A stretch of DNA of 62,273 nucleotides, counting the filler, from Sluysia triapertura (lineage: Eukaryota), in the NCBI GenBank assembly GCA_046118255.1. It is 5 parts of 5 records of this genome, joined end to end, with 100 filler letters (N's around TTAATTAATTAA, not from the genome) between each part and the next. Parts side by side here need not be neighbours in the genome. Positions count along the whole stretch, not along the records: positions 1 to 11,706 come from JBJNIA010178141.1; 4 more parts are not named here. The stretch is one strand, 5' to 3'. The notes under the pieces are model-generated. The model was not told where the DNA came from, made no database searches, and was given only the letters and a program-made list of their open reading frames with translations. This document shows, piece by piece, positions 1-11,806 of the stretch (its first letter is position 1; every line of letters begins with the position of its first letter). The position numbers were made by a program, and so were the translations under genes.

Positions 1-3000
1 ATATAGAATGGTTTATCGAAAAATTGTTATCAAGTTCAAAGTTTATTTGAAATTTGTATTCGAAAAATATCACACAAACATAATTCTACATAATCAGAAA
101 GTAATACGAATGAATTATCTCAATCTTCAACATTAGCTTCTGAATCAGTTTTTAAATCAACTCAAGCACTTCAAATAAGTGAAGTTGTCAATAGATTACA
201 AATCGAGAGAGGATTGACTACACAATACCAAAGCATTCTCTCTACTGACATTAATGCCAAATCGACGACATACATTAATTTATAGAGTGTTCGTAAAAGC
301 ACAAATAATTCTATTGACACCATGACAATTTGGGTTGATTCTCAATTTTTTGGAGGTTTTCTGGTAAGTGGAACAACATTTCTATTGAATTCCAAATAAA
401 AGATGTTAATATTGTTACAATATCACAGACCTCGAGTAGATAAAATGGATACTGAAATATCGAAAGCGGAAAGTGTTCAATTCTATACAAATTTAACTTT
501 TGGTTTGATTCGTGCAGTTTCTGCCATTGAGCTGACAGATAACTTTCGTAATTGGTATTTATTTGTGAGTCTCAAATACTTATTGTATTATTCGGATTCT
601 CGTGGCATTCAACGTGCACTAGGTAGCAGTATTTTCATGGAATGCGCGAATAATAGCGAAATTAATACAGTAAGTTAGTAAATTTTTTGTTTATTAATAT
701 TTCCACATAATACTGTTGGGATATAGGCCTAAAGTGCCTAAAGTGTATAATTGAAGTCTAACAATACAAGGCATACTTTAATTTAGATGTATTAACTTTT
801 AAAAGTATGGCTTGTGATTCTGAATCATACAATTTTCTTTATAATTTATGGTCAACATTATTTAACATGATTCTAAATTTAATTCTATATTTAATATTTA
901 ATAAATTACTTTTTTGAAAACAAACATTTTTATTTTAACCTAATTGTATATTTAAAATACATTTTTACATGTGAGATTAAAATTATTAACCAATTAATAG
1001 ACATGCTAAGAATATTTACCAGCAAAATATATGTAGTTACAGAATACAGTTTATGTACAAATTTACGACATTCCTGTAGGATTTATTTATTTTAAAATGT
1101 AAACAGTGATGATATATACCATACGGTTTAAGTGACCGTATTTTACAACCACAGAAAAACTCTAACAAGAATTTATTATAGACACGTAAGTATATTTAAT
1201 AAGTATGTATTATTCTTATTTTATTTTACCTACTCAAATACATAAGGATTTAAATAATGACAGATTAGAAATAGTTATTTTGAATCTAAAATTACTTAAG
1301 CTTCCAAATAAATATGGCAGATTGTGAATAAATATTTTAAAGTCAAAGTAACTTAGCTGGTAAATGTAGACTGATTTTAAATCGTTGGTAAGAAAGAAAG
1401 TGACCACTTATGTTACCACTAGTGCGTTATTTTTATTAGATAATAATATATTGGGTTATTTAGTGAGATTTTGAAGCTAAATTTAAACTATTTGAAAAAT
1501 TTTATATTTTAACTCCTCCTTTAAAAAAGAGGAAAAAACCTATTTAATTAAAATTTACTACTGAATGAAAAACTAAGTCTGAATAAATCCGAAATCTTAG
1601 CTCGAATTAACATCTGATTTTTGTGCAATTATCTTCTTGATACGTCCTTACTGTATGTAATATTTTTAATTCAAAATTCGTTATCATATTGTGTGTTTTT
1701 ACATTTCTTTTAGGTTTATCTCTATGGTTCTTTTGTTATTTTGAGCTGTTAAATAAATTAAATTACTACTTTCAATTCAAATAAAAGTTCGTTGCTGTTG
1801 CTGTTTTTAATATATAATTTATTGCTTCTTGTAATAAAAAATCATAAAAATAATATAAAAACTTTCATAGATAAAATAAAAATAAATCTACATGCAATGT
1901 AGACGTTGATGATTATTTTAGTGCGCTTTAAATAAAAATGTATGTAGCTTCTTTACCTTAACTTAATTCAGACGGAAGTTACAATGTGTTGATTAAATTG
2001 TATAATTTTTTATTTTAAAAATTTAGTGGTACTTGAAATTAATCGGTGAAACCATCAACCAATTAGAATTAATAGAATATTATTGTACAACATGCATAGA
2101 AGATATGAATCGCATGGAGGCAAAAGAAGGTAGTACTAATGTCGAATTTATGGAAAGTATGTTTTTTGACGTATCTTGGCAACAAAAATGCTTTCAAATG
2201 ACATCATCAGACAAATTTATTCTCAGTAATTATTGGTTTTCAAATTTGACGTTAAAAATTGATATTATTCAAAAGGTTTTATTTGATTTAATAATTCTAT
2301 ATCAATTATTGAGTTAAATATTTTCAATCTTCTTAAAATAAATGAAAATATGTTTTATTTAATCGTACAATTTTGTATAATTGAGATGTATCAATATGTA
2401 AAATAACACATATTAGGAAATTTATTTTTACATAAAATAAGAGAATTATAGAAACTATTACTTATAAATACTTAAATTATGAAAGTTTTAAATTAATTTT
2501 TACAAAAGTTTTTTCTTTTTATTACAATAAGTAAATGCATTTATTAAAGTTAAATATTTTGTTTTCCTAAAGTTTATGTTGTTCTTTATTTAGAAGTATT
2601 GAAATGACGAATTGTACAATGATCCCTGAAACAACACTTCGTTATTTTGAGTCAAATGTTGAAGGAAAAAATATGACAAGATGAATTTTAGTACATGATA
2701 GCACAAAATTATTGATTGCTAAATTATTCATTGATCATCAGTTTAACATTTTGTCATTTATTATAGCTATTGCCACTTTTGCACCATTTGTTTAGAAGCT
2801 TGACCTACGTTTACATGGCAGCTGACGTAGCTATGCTTGCGACAAAAGAATATGGAGTTGTGATAACAAATTATATGACATTAAATCACTACATATGTTT
2901 CTCGTGTTTCAACTATTCACTATAATCCCATCGTCGTTCTCTTACATAAATTCACAAAAGTCATAATTCAAGCCATACATAATTACCTATAAAATATTTT

Positions 3001-3672
3001 CTACATATCACCACTTCAACTTACGCAATACAAAAATGCTCCACTAAGACATATTTAAGTTATTAACCGTTATTTACCAGCAATTATATTACACCAAATA
3101 AAGATCACACATTATTAATTCGACACAATTCATAAAACTTCAAGCCACAAAATCTTGTAATAAAATCAAATTAACTTGATGAAATATTATTATGCTTTTG
3201 TTGTATGAGTCCTCATCATCACCATTTTCAGTTATCTTTTTTTACTTATTTTTACTGATGTACCAACCTTTTAGCACAATTTCAATTATGGAACCATCAG
3301 GTCTCCAAACTCAATGTAATAAATTAATGTTTTTGCTAAAAATTATTTTTTTAATTAAAAAATAAAAATTATGTTTTAAATAAAAATTATATGTAATTAA
3401 AAATTTACATTAATTAATAAATCACACATTCTTTTTTTTGAATGTGTGATTACTTTCTTATCATAACTATAATGTTATTTTTATTATTTTTCTTATAATT
3501 TAATTCTAATCTTAATTTTAATTTCAATTTTATAATCATATATTTTATTGTTATTTATATTTTTATATATTTTATTAGTCTTTGGAATGTTCTAAACTAA
3601 AAAAATATTTGTATTACTGCTCAGATGATTTATATTCACTGTGAAAGTTATTGAGATTTAATTTCAAATATT

Positions 3673-4104
3673 ATGAGTTTTCTTACGCAAGTTTTGGATG
3701 GATTTAGAATAGATTACAACATTGTTAGAGATGAAACATTTCTCAGAATGGAATCCTTGAAGGGTTTTTGACTAATTCAAAATATTTTTAGAGATATCAG
3801 TAATTTTGAAAATTGTTCTCAACCAGTTATACTAGTGTTTTGTACGTTAAATAATCAAGTTGAACGCAGCAAATTGATTAATTTGTAAGATGGTTTAAGA
3901 CATTGTGATAATTTAAAATATTATTGTGAACTTTCTCAAAGTGTATTATTTCAGACAAAGAGTTAAAGAGCAAAATGTGTAAAGTTCATTGCACATTTGA
4001 CAACGATTGCGAGTCGCGTGACCTCACGTCCGACACCAAGTACATCGAGTAACACTAAATTAATTATAACAAGATTATTATGTCGACAACTGCGCCGTCT
4101 TTAA
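3673..4104 (+). pseudogene. Degenerate Bro-N-like viral/Maverick accessory ORF
   Basis: MSFLTQVLDGFRIDYNIVRDETFLRMESL...YYCELSQSVLFQTKS*RAKCVKFIAHL loosely resembles Bro-N (N-terminal beta hairpin; C-terminal INE.GLY.LI..S....AK.F). Three internal stops. Confidence 0.3.
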
Positions 4105-4879
4105 AAAATGAAACACAAATACTACTTAAAATTTTAAATTTGAATTCATGTGAATTAAAGACTAAAACAGCATAATCTTCTGAAGTCTTGAAAGAAAAAA
4201 CATGTCTTTTAATGCAACAAACATTTGGGCGGTTAATGACGTCACTTAGATGATTATGTTTTACTTAGAATCGTTTAAGTTATCAACGCGTTAGTATAGA
4301 TGCGTTGGATAATATCGAAGAGTTTGTAACTAGTTTGTTTATGAGACAGAAGGACCGCTCGGAGAATATAACGGAACCTATATGCTGTGTTGCGGGAGAT
4401 GTTGCTGATTGCCGAGGCTTTATTTTTCAAATTGTACGTGAACTCTTATATTATCAAATGAACAATGTTTGTTATTTTATCTAATATTCACGTTCTATTA
4501 TTGTTGTTTTCACAAGTGGCAATTTTTTGTATTTTTCTTATTGAATTTATATTATCAAGGACCTTAAGTCCACTTTTATAAAGATAAATATTTTAATATT
4601 TTTAAATTTAATAATACTTGTTATAAATTAATGTCTTGTACCCTAATTCATAAAACATTAAATATAAAAACCTTAAGTAATCAAATTAACAAACAATTAA
4701 ATATAAATACATTAAACTACATGACAACATTAAAATGTTAAATTTTGAAGAAACTTAATTTCAATGTAACTTCTAGCTTCTGACTTAAAAGAGTGTTACT
4801 TCTTTGTGAACCATCATTTTCGCTGAAAACAAGGTAGATAATTGAGTGTAGTTTTGATTTTGGAATAAAGAAATAAAGA

Positions 4880-5790
4880 GTTTTTGTCATTTTCTCTAAA
4901 TTATTTCGTCTTGAGTATCTCGCATAATAAAGAAGATGCCACAATCTACGAAGTTCATTTAAAATTAAAAGACCTTAAGCCTTTTTATAATGCGTTTATC
5001 TTTTTCAAAGACATTAAGACTTCATTAGTGATTAATACTATTAAAATAGTTCAACAACTTTAAAAAATATAGAACATACCAAATTTCTCTCATATAGGAA
5101 GTTTTTATGTAATATGTCAGTCGTACGTCTCACGACAATTTCAATAACATATTTGAGTTGGTATCATCATCAGCATCAATTTAATATATATTTTTCTACA
5201 CTTAGGTATCAGCATATATATTTAATTTTAGTGCTTCGTAACATTTCAACATTAGAAATACTAATAAATAAAATACTGATAAAATAACACACTAATTCTA
5301 ATGTTATTTTATCATGTGAAGACATTTTTCATGAAATTATTAAAGGCTTCTTTCATCGTATCTTTCTTTTATTTTGATTTAAATATTATGTACACTTATT
5401 TCATTAACGCAATTCAACGTAATGTTTTATTTTAACTCCTCAATAATACTTACACTTCAATAATTGTTACACTACAAGTTATAACACTTATATCTCTATC
5501 ATTTTTGACCAAACCCAACAGTAATCTTTAAATACAATTCTAATTTTAATTATATATCCAAAATAAACTTTTAAAGAAATTGGTTGCCTCAAGAACTATG
5601 TAACTTCTATCCAACAACAAAGTATTTTAAGTTTTATTTATAGTTCTGAATTTTAGTTTTGTCATTTTCTCCATATTATTTTGTCTTGCGTATCCCGCAT
5701 GAAATAGAAGGTATCGCAATCTACGAATTTCATTTAAAATTAAAATTTTTATCTTTTTCAAAGACATTAAACCTTCATTATTGATTAATA
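4880..5790 (-). repeat. Diverged direct duplication (~4880-5037 and ~5657-5790) of a coding-like fragment
   Basis: Both copies share ttttgtcattttctc...caatctacgaa.ttcatttaaaattaaaa...tttatctttttcaaagacattaa.cttcatta.tgattaata. The minus strand reads NE(L/I)RRL(W/R)(H/Y)LL..A.Y.R.NN.EKMTK. Confidence 0.75.
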
Positions 5791-8209
5791 AGCTCCCGAA
5801 GTGCTATCTTGTTTAACTGAACTTAGAAATTCTTTAATTGCATGTCATATTATAACTCAAGTACAAAAAGGTGATCATCCCAAAGCAAAACACAAAATGT
5901 AATAATGAATAAACTAATATCATCAAAAGTTTTCCAAATGTAGTGAACAATTTAACTTTAAATTACTGCCGAAAAACTTCAAGGTCTGTAAGATTTCTAT
6001 ATCTGTAATAATATCAGTATATATTATTAAACGATAGTTATTATTAAGTTATATATTAACAATGATAATGATAGTAATAAAAACAATAATAATAAATAAT
6101 ATTAATAAAAAACAAAACTGTAATATTAATTAAAAAAATAATAATATAAAATTTCTCTTTGATTTCTTTAATAATAATTTAAGTTTCTAAATTTCTTAAA
6201 TTGAGGTTTAATCTTTGTAGATTTGATTTTTGGTTGAAAGTTAATAAATTGTTATGTGGGTTAAGATTTTTAAAGTTTTATTGGCTTAATGTGGATTTTG
6301 AAATAAAAGTGAATTGGGCAAATGAAAGTGTCATCTCCACCATATTTATTTTGATGTATTTAAAAATAGAACTTATTTTTTCGATGAATCGCTTCAGAAT
6401 GCAATTTAGGAAAATTGAATAATTATTATTTAATACAATATAATTAGTATTAATGTTAACTCTGAAAACCTTATATTGCTTTCAATTTTTTCTAGTTTCT
6501 AAACTTCGAAATCTTATCGAATTTTAAAAGACCATAAACAAAATATATCTTTATACAGATATCATTATTTAATCACATTTTTGTATTTAGGTTCGTGACA
6601 ATTTACAATTTATGATGTTGAGTGACTTGGAAATTATAATATCGACGAGTAAATCCAATTTAATTGGTTATTATGTTATCGTTGCAGCTACATTTATTAC
6701 TTGTCCTTGTTTAATAATTTCATACATAATTACGATTAAGAAAATTAATGAAAATTTAAAAACGTTTTCTTCAAAATGTAAAACTAAATCGATAGAATTG
6801 TGTGTTAGTTTATTATTATAGTAATTTTGTTTAATAATATGTAAAACAATGAAAACCTTTTCAAAAGTTGGAATATTTTTCATTAAAACATAAACATAAA
6901 ATTAAAGTTAATTGTATTGCTTTTGTATTTCTTCAAATTTAGTGTTAACTTTATTTCATTTTGGAAAATAAATCTTCAGATGTTAAATTAGTAAAGTTGG
7001 AACTTTTTACATTAATAGCTTCAAAATTTGCTAATTATAGAATCATAATAATATTAAAAATAAATGATAATACGTGAGACTGAAGAATATGCTGTCCACT
7101 GTTGGATTTTCACACGAATTTATCATAACTTAATTTTGTTATGATTTAAGATTGGTTTGCCTGTGGTAAAAGGCTTATGGTAGCCTTTCTGTAAGATTTA
7201 ACGAAAATTATTAATCGACTGTATTTCTAACATGAACATCTGTTTTTATACATGCTTAAGTTAATAAAATGGACAACAAAGTAGAACTTATACGTATTTT
7301 TTATAAGCAAATTAAACGAATCTACAATTCAACAAAATGACAAACAGATATATGTATATGTATATTTATATGCAATCTTTAATATAGATTTTAGGATAAA
7401 TATTCATTTTGTCGTTATGGATTTTATCTATATTTTAACGTGTCTCTAAAATACCTAAGAAAATTTGAAGTATTTTTATGTTCACATTAAACGATCGAAA
7501 ACTTAAGAATATAGTTAATCAAAACTCAAGTTGAGTCTAGATTCTGCCTTAACGTCAGTAACATGAGTCCTCGAAATGAATGATATGAGTTATGGTTATT
7601 CAACTGACAAGCTACAAAGTCGCATTTGTTTTACTTGCCTTCTTTTAAGTGTTGTGATTTTGTTGTTGATTTTGACTATTTGATATTCAATAAAACAAAT
7701 TTTACAACTTCTGATCTAACAGTTTATGTTGGCTATTTACCATCACATATTCATTCGGAAAAAATGTTATAAATATTAAAAATCGTAATGAATTTCTGCT
7801 ATAAATTTCGGCAATTGCTTTCATAAACTTTAATGACGAATAAAATGACGTAGATAGGGTTTCACTTTTCCCTAATTCTTGTAATTTTCATCTTCGATAT
7901 GCCAATGAAATTTTAGAAGGCATTAAACATTAATTCTTTTGAAAGTTTCGAAATATTTCAATTTTTATCAAAGCAATGCAAAAATGATGCATTTAAACAA
8001 AATATAATAAATATTAATAACAAGATTATTATCTCCTGGAAAAAATAATTACAATTTGTTTAAATTAATATTTAATATAAAAATAATTAATAATGTGAAA
8101 TCTATAAATGTGAAAACGTATGGATGAAGGTGAGATGATGGATAATTAAATATGAATATATTTTTATTTAATGCATTTATTTTTATCTTTGAAGTGATGT
8201 ATAAAGGTT

Positions 8210-8826
8210 TTGATTCACCACAATTATCTAAATAAGCATACTTATATTGCCAATAAAATAAAAATAAAAGTGAAATTATATCCAATGAGAAATATTCAAA
8301 ACAAGAATGCGTTTCATAATATCGGTTATAAAATAACTAGTACTTTTGGTATTTCAGCTGAATTTGGAATTGAATCAATAGATGTGAGTCAATATAAATA
8401 TCATTCTAATAAAAACTATTTTTGTAAAAACGCTACAAAATTCTTCGATGCAATTAAATCTGAAATGACACTTTCAAAACTTGAATTAGATAATAATAAA
8501 ATAGTTAAAGATTATCATGATGTGGTTATTTTGCGTGAAGATTTAGTTTTAATAAATTTGGTAATATGTACAGCAATCAACTCTCTATTTACTCATATAC
8601 ATTTACTTGAATTTAATTGAACCGATTTATGTTGGAAACAAAAAATATCATTATTGACATCAGTTTTGTTAGCAAATATTAAAGAAACCTGTTTATTTAC
8701 TTACATCATCAGCATCATCATTTATAAACAATAAAATTTAATATTCGTCATGATTTCGGAAAACAAATTTATATGTCATATGGAAGTAAAACAAGTTTAA
8801 CTTTTCATTTACGAAAAATACAATGA
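8210..8826 (+). pseudogene. Maverick minor capsid (penton) protein relic; may start near 7720
   Basis: NSLFTHI.. then, after a frameshift, LIEPIYVGNKKISLLTSV (cf. SLYVYCDLIEPQIVGD..APLLR). C-terminus NIRHDFGKQIYMSYGSKTSLTFHLRKIQ* (cf. IDIRDDTG..VPF..GKV.VTLHFR). Confidence 0.7.
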
Positions 8827-9174
8827 TTCCTGAAATTATTGATGCTTGTATCAACAGAAATAGCTGGTAAATTATCATATTTTGTTGGGAAAGGACACTC
8901 GGAAGACTCGTTTTTCCTTTAATTAAAGGAGTTGAATGATTTTCGGCAGAACTGCAGAGATGTTCCAGTTACTGAAATGACAACAGTTGAATCTATGAAA
9001 AATACTGTAAACGAAGCAAAAGAGGTATTACCTGTTGTTGAAAAAGCGAACGAGTAATTACCACAATTAGTTAAAAAATTTACTGGAAGTAGTATAATTT
9101 CCTCTAATCAACCAAAACGGCGAAAAACTATAAATAAACGAAAAATAAGTGGAACTATATTTAATGATAAATGA
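8823..9174 (+). pseudogene. Maverick basic core/DNA-packaging protein relic (the gene that precedes the major capsid)
   Basis: ATG overlaps the penton TGA (ATGA). Fragments AGKLSYFVG and TLGRLVFPLIKG, and a basic tail PKRRKTINKRKISGTIFNDK* typical of this ORF's KRRR..DIF end. Confidence 0.55.
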
Positions 9175-10030
9175 GTTGTGCAAAAACTGAATTATATATT
9201 TTTTATCGTGCTCCTTGAGTTGTTACACAGAAAGCAGCTTTTTAAGAGATCCATCTTATCAATACAATAAATAATAATGATGGAGATGTAGAATTCAAAA
9301 TACAAGCATTATAAACTAATTACTTTGATATTAATGATGCATTATTATTTGTTGAGTTGAAAGGTACAAAATCAGATAATACAGTTTTACCTGATAAAGA
9401 AGATGCTTGAGTAACTAATTGCACGTTTCATGCGTCATGGAAAGGCGTGATTGTCATCCAAAAAAGCAATTTAGAAATTTACTATTATACTATTGGATAC
9501 GATTCAAATAAGTCATTAAAAAATTAAAAACATTTGAAATACGTGGTTCGTTATTGTTTGGTTTTTTCAAACAAAATATTTGTGAATGCTAACTTGAAAT
9601 TGCAAAGAAATAAGTGAAACTTTTGTCTTGTATTCGATGCAGGTGCTGGTAGTTATAAAGTTGTTTTGGTAGATGCAAAAGTATATTTAAGATGAGTTAG
9701 AGTTGAGCCATCAGTCTTAATTGGACAAATATCAAATGCAATTTAGCAAATTCGTCAAGCAATACTTGTATTACAAAACCATACCAAAATGTAACTTGGA
9801 TTTTATAAGATCAAAATTTTGGTGATTCACGATTACAGAAATTTGTTTTGGTTACATTTCAAACTACAAATACATTAATGAAATTATTAAAGAAGTTTAA
9901 TATCAAGTTTTGCACCTATTAATGTCGAATCAATTAGCCTAAGTGTAATACAGACTATCGAGAAACTTAAACAGTGAATTTTGATAAAATGTGCACAGTG
10001 GTTAAAGCTTATGTACAATCAATGGCTTGC
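9171..10030 (+). pseudogene. Maverick/Polinton major capsid protein (double jelly-roll, F54H12.2-like) relic
   Basis: MSCAKTELYIFYRAP*VVTQKAAF*EIHLINTINNNDGDVEFKIQAL*TNYFDINDALLFVELKGTKSD..VTNCTFHASW (cf. C.KSELDLFS.PPTQ..IE...VEYHP..S....PIEF......YLDL...LYV..KI...DG...N..LHSLF). Later NLKLQRNK*NFCLV..YKVVLVDAKVYLR*VRVEPSVLIG (cf. KL.R....FCL..YKV.I.DA.L.VRKV.V.PSV) and FGDSRLQKFVLVTF. Multiple stops and frameshifts. Confidence 0.85.
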
Positions 10031-10054
10031 AATTTATGTGAAACCTGAATGTGT

Positions 10055-10170
10055 TGATATATTTGGTGTTTATTATCCAGATTCAATAGACAAAAATTAA
10101 AATACACACTAACATGTTGCGGATACTTATGCACTTTATGGTTGCATTATCAATATTTGTGTAAATAATT
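10055..10170 (+). pseudogene. Internally deleted adenain-like Maverick cysteine protease relic
   Basis: IFGVYYPD (cf. F.GV.P.D N-terminal motif) followed by TCCGYLCTLWL (catalytic CG.YC motif), directly downstream of the capsid gene. Confidence 0.45.
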
Positions 10171-11436
10171 TTATTTAAATATGTCTTAGTTTGTTAAATA
10201 ACTTTTTATTATTATAAAAAGTTTTTGACGGCCGAAAAAAATATCAAGTGAATTTTGCATTCATTGATATAGAAAGTTTTGTTAATAATGAAAACAGATT
10301 ATTAACGAATTATATATCATGAATGTGGAAGATTGGTTTGATTCAATTCATTATATATACTTACGATCAATTAAATGGAACTGTAAATAAAAAATATACA
10401 AAAAATAAAAAATTGATATATTATTTATATAGATTTTGTTGAATATTTATAGTCTTTATCGAACTGTGCAAGGTTGTGTATATTCTCAGTTAATCTTAGT
10501 TATTTAATCTTCATTTGTATCACAACGTATTAGCTTTTCTAAACTCTTTATCTAGAAATTTGTGAAGGTCGAATACTCGTCTCAGGTGTTCGAGATATGA
10601 GAGCTCAGCTTAAATATTATTATTTAGAACTTTACTTTATTGTATTTGGTAAACTCTACTGTGTCAACTCGTTGATTAAACTATAATCTATCAAGTCCTT
10701 TGTAAATCTTTATTTTATTAGAGTCTCTATCAATTTCAACTTACTTAATTTTTTTTGTAAATTCTTAATTTAACAAATTTCTATACTTTTAGTCTGTTTA
10801 ACTTTAGTGAACTTCTAATTATTCTACCGGACTTTAGCTTGTCAATTCCTTTCTGGTGAACTCAAAAATTAAAGAAAATAAAATAATGAATTTTATTTTG
10901 CTATTACAATAACTTTATTATACGAAATAATTTAACAATACAAAATAACTTTAGCTACCTGATTGTAATTTTATTACATACAATAATTTTGGCAATGTAA
11001 TTAATTAAATGATTACAAAATACATTAGTATTTAGATGATCGTAATTAAATTAGAATGTAATTAGTTTACGTTTATTTTATTATTCTTCTATGTATATCA
11101 ATATTGCCGAATATTATTACATATAAAGGTTACTACGTAAATTTATAGTATTATAGAATTTATAAAAAGACTTTAAATGATCAATGATTCGGTATGAATA
11201 TAAATATTTGACTACCCCTATTCTTTTATCATTTAAGATTAATATTTGCTTATGATTTAGACATATACTTGTAGAATATTTAATTTGTCTGACTACATGG
11301 AAAATTAAGATTTTGTTTACTCTACTATTGAGGGCGGAATAGTTCCTTGACCCTTCCCGGTTTTTATTTTTATAAACATTAACACTAATCGACAATTTAT
11401 TAAATATAATCAAATTAATATTTATTGATGTTTAAA

Positions 11437-11706
11437 TTAACTTAATATTTGGGTTAAAGTAATGAAATGGATCGGAAATTGAATTTTCGTAAAGAAGTAT
11501 TTGTTCAACCGATCATCAGGGATATTGTTGGATTCAACTCTGAATAACGATTCTAAATAAGACAATAATAAAATAATCATATAAACTAAAAAAACAAAAC
11601 TTTACTATTGTAATTTTTATTTTGTAGTAAAGGCCGTTTGAGTATTTCTCTAAATCTTCGACCAAAATTAGGGAGTTCACTTGAAGGTGATTTAGATTCG
11701 GCGATT
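11437..11706 (-). CDS. 3' end of an unknown spliced gene (exons 11606->11706 and 11437-11552; 53-nt intron), truncated by the linker
   Basis: IAESKSPSSELPNFGRRFREILKRPLLQNKNYN|KSLFRVESNNIPDDRLNKYFFTKIQFPIHFITLTQILS*. GTAAAG donor and TTTAG acceptor are phase-compatible. Confidence 0.45.
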
Positions 11707-11806
11707 NNNNNNNNNNNNNNNNNNNNNNNNNNNNNNNNNNNNNNNNNNNNTTAATTAATTAANNNNNNNNNNNNNNNNNNNNNNNNNNNNNNNNNNNNNN
11801 NNNNNN
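11707..11806. other. Artificial scaffold linker N44-TTAATTAATTAA-N44
   Basis: Six-frame-stop linker; identical copies at 24165, 35548 and 47081. Confidence 0.95.

Larger units (their letters stand above)
94..6803 (+). pseudogene. NIT (nitrate/nitrite-sensing) domain membrane receptor, guanylyl-cyclase-type N-terminal region; exons ~94-669, 2027-2275, 6591-~6803; in-frame stops
   Basis: Frame 1 gives QISEVVNRLQIERGLT (NIT motif V..LQ.ERG) and YSDSRGIQRALGSSIF (NIT G.ERALG). Exon 2 has YWFSNLTLKIDIIQK (WF.NMT..ID). Exon 3 has a TM helix LIGYYVIVAATFITCPCLII followed by a coiled-coil start. Phase-0 GT/AG junctions at 670/2026 and 2276/6590. In-frame TAG at 283 and TAA at 397. No cyclase domain seen. 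Confidence 0.72.
7700..10400 (+). mobile_element. Fossil Maverick/Polinton (adintovirus-like) structural gene module
   Basis: Co-linear relics of minor capsid, basic core protein, major capsid, cysteine protease and a further Maverick-type ORF (see sub-features). Confidence 0.8.

Noticed and set aside
91-399. Alternative genetic code (TAA/TAG read as sense)
   Set aside because: The conserved XPD and MTIF2 exons contain no in-frame TAR codons. Stops appear only in degenerate loci.
11437-11706. Continuation of XPD across the linker
   Set aside because: The translation shows no XPD helicase-domain-2 motifs, and it lies on a separate scaffold.
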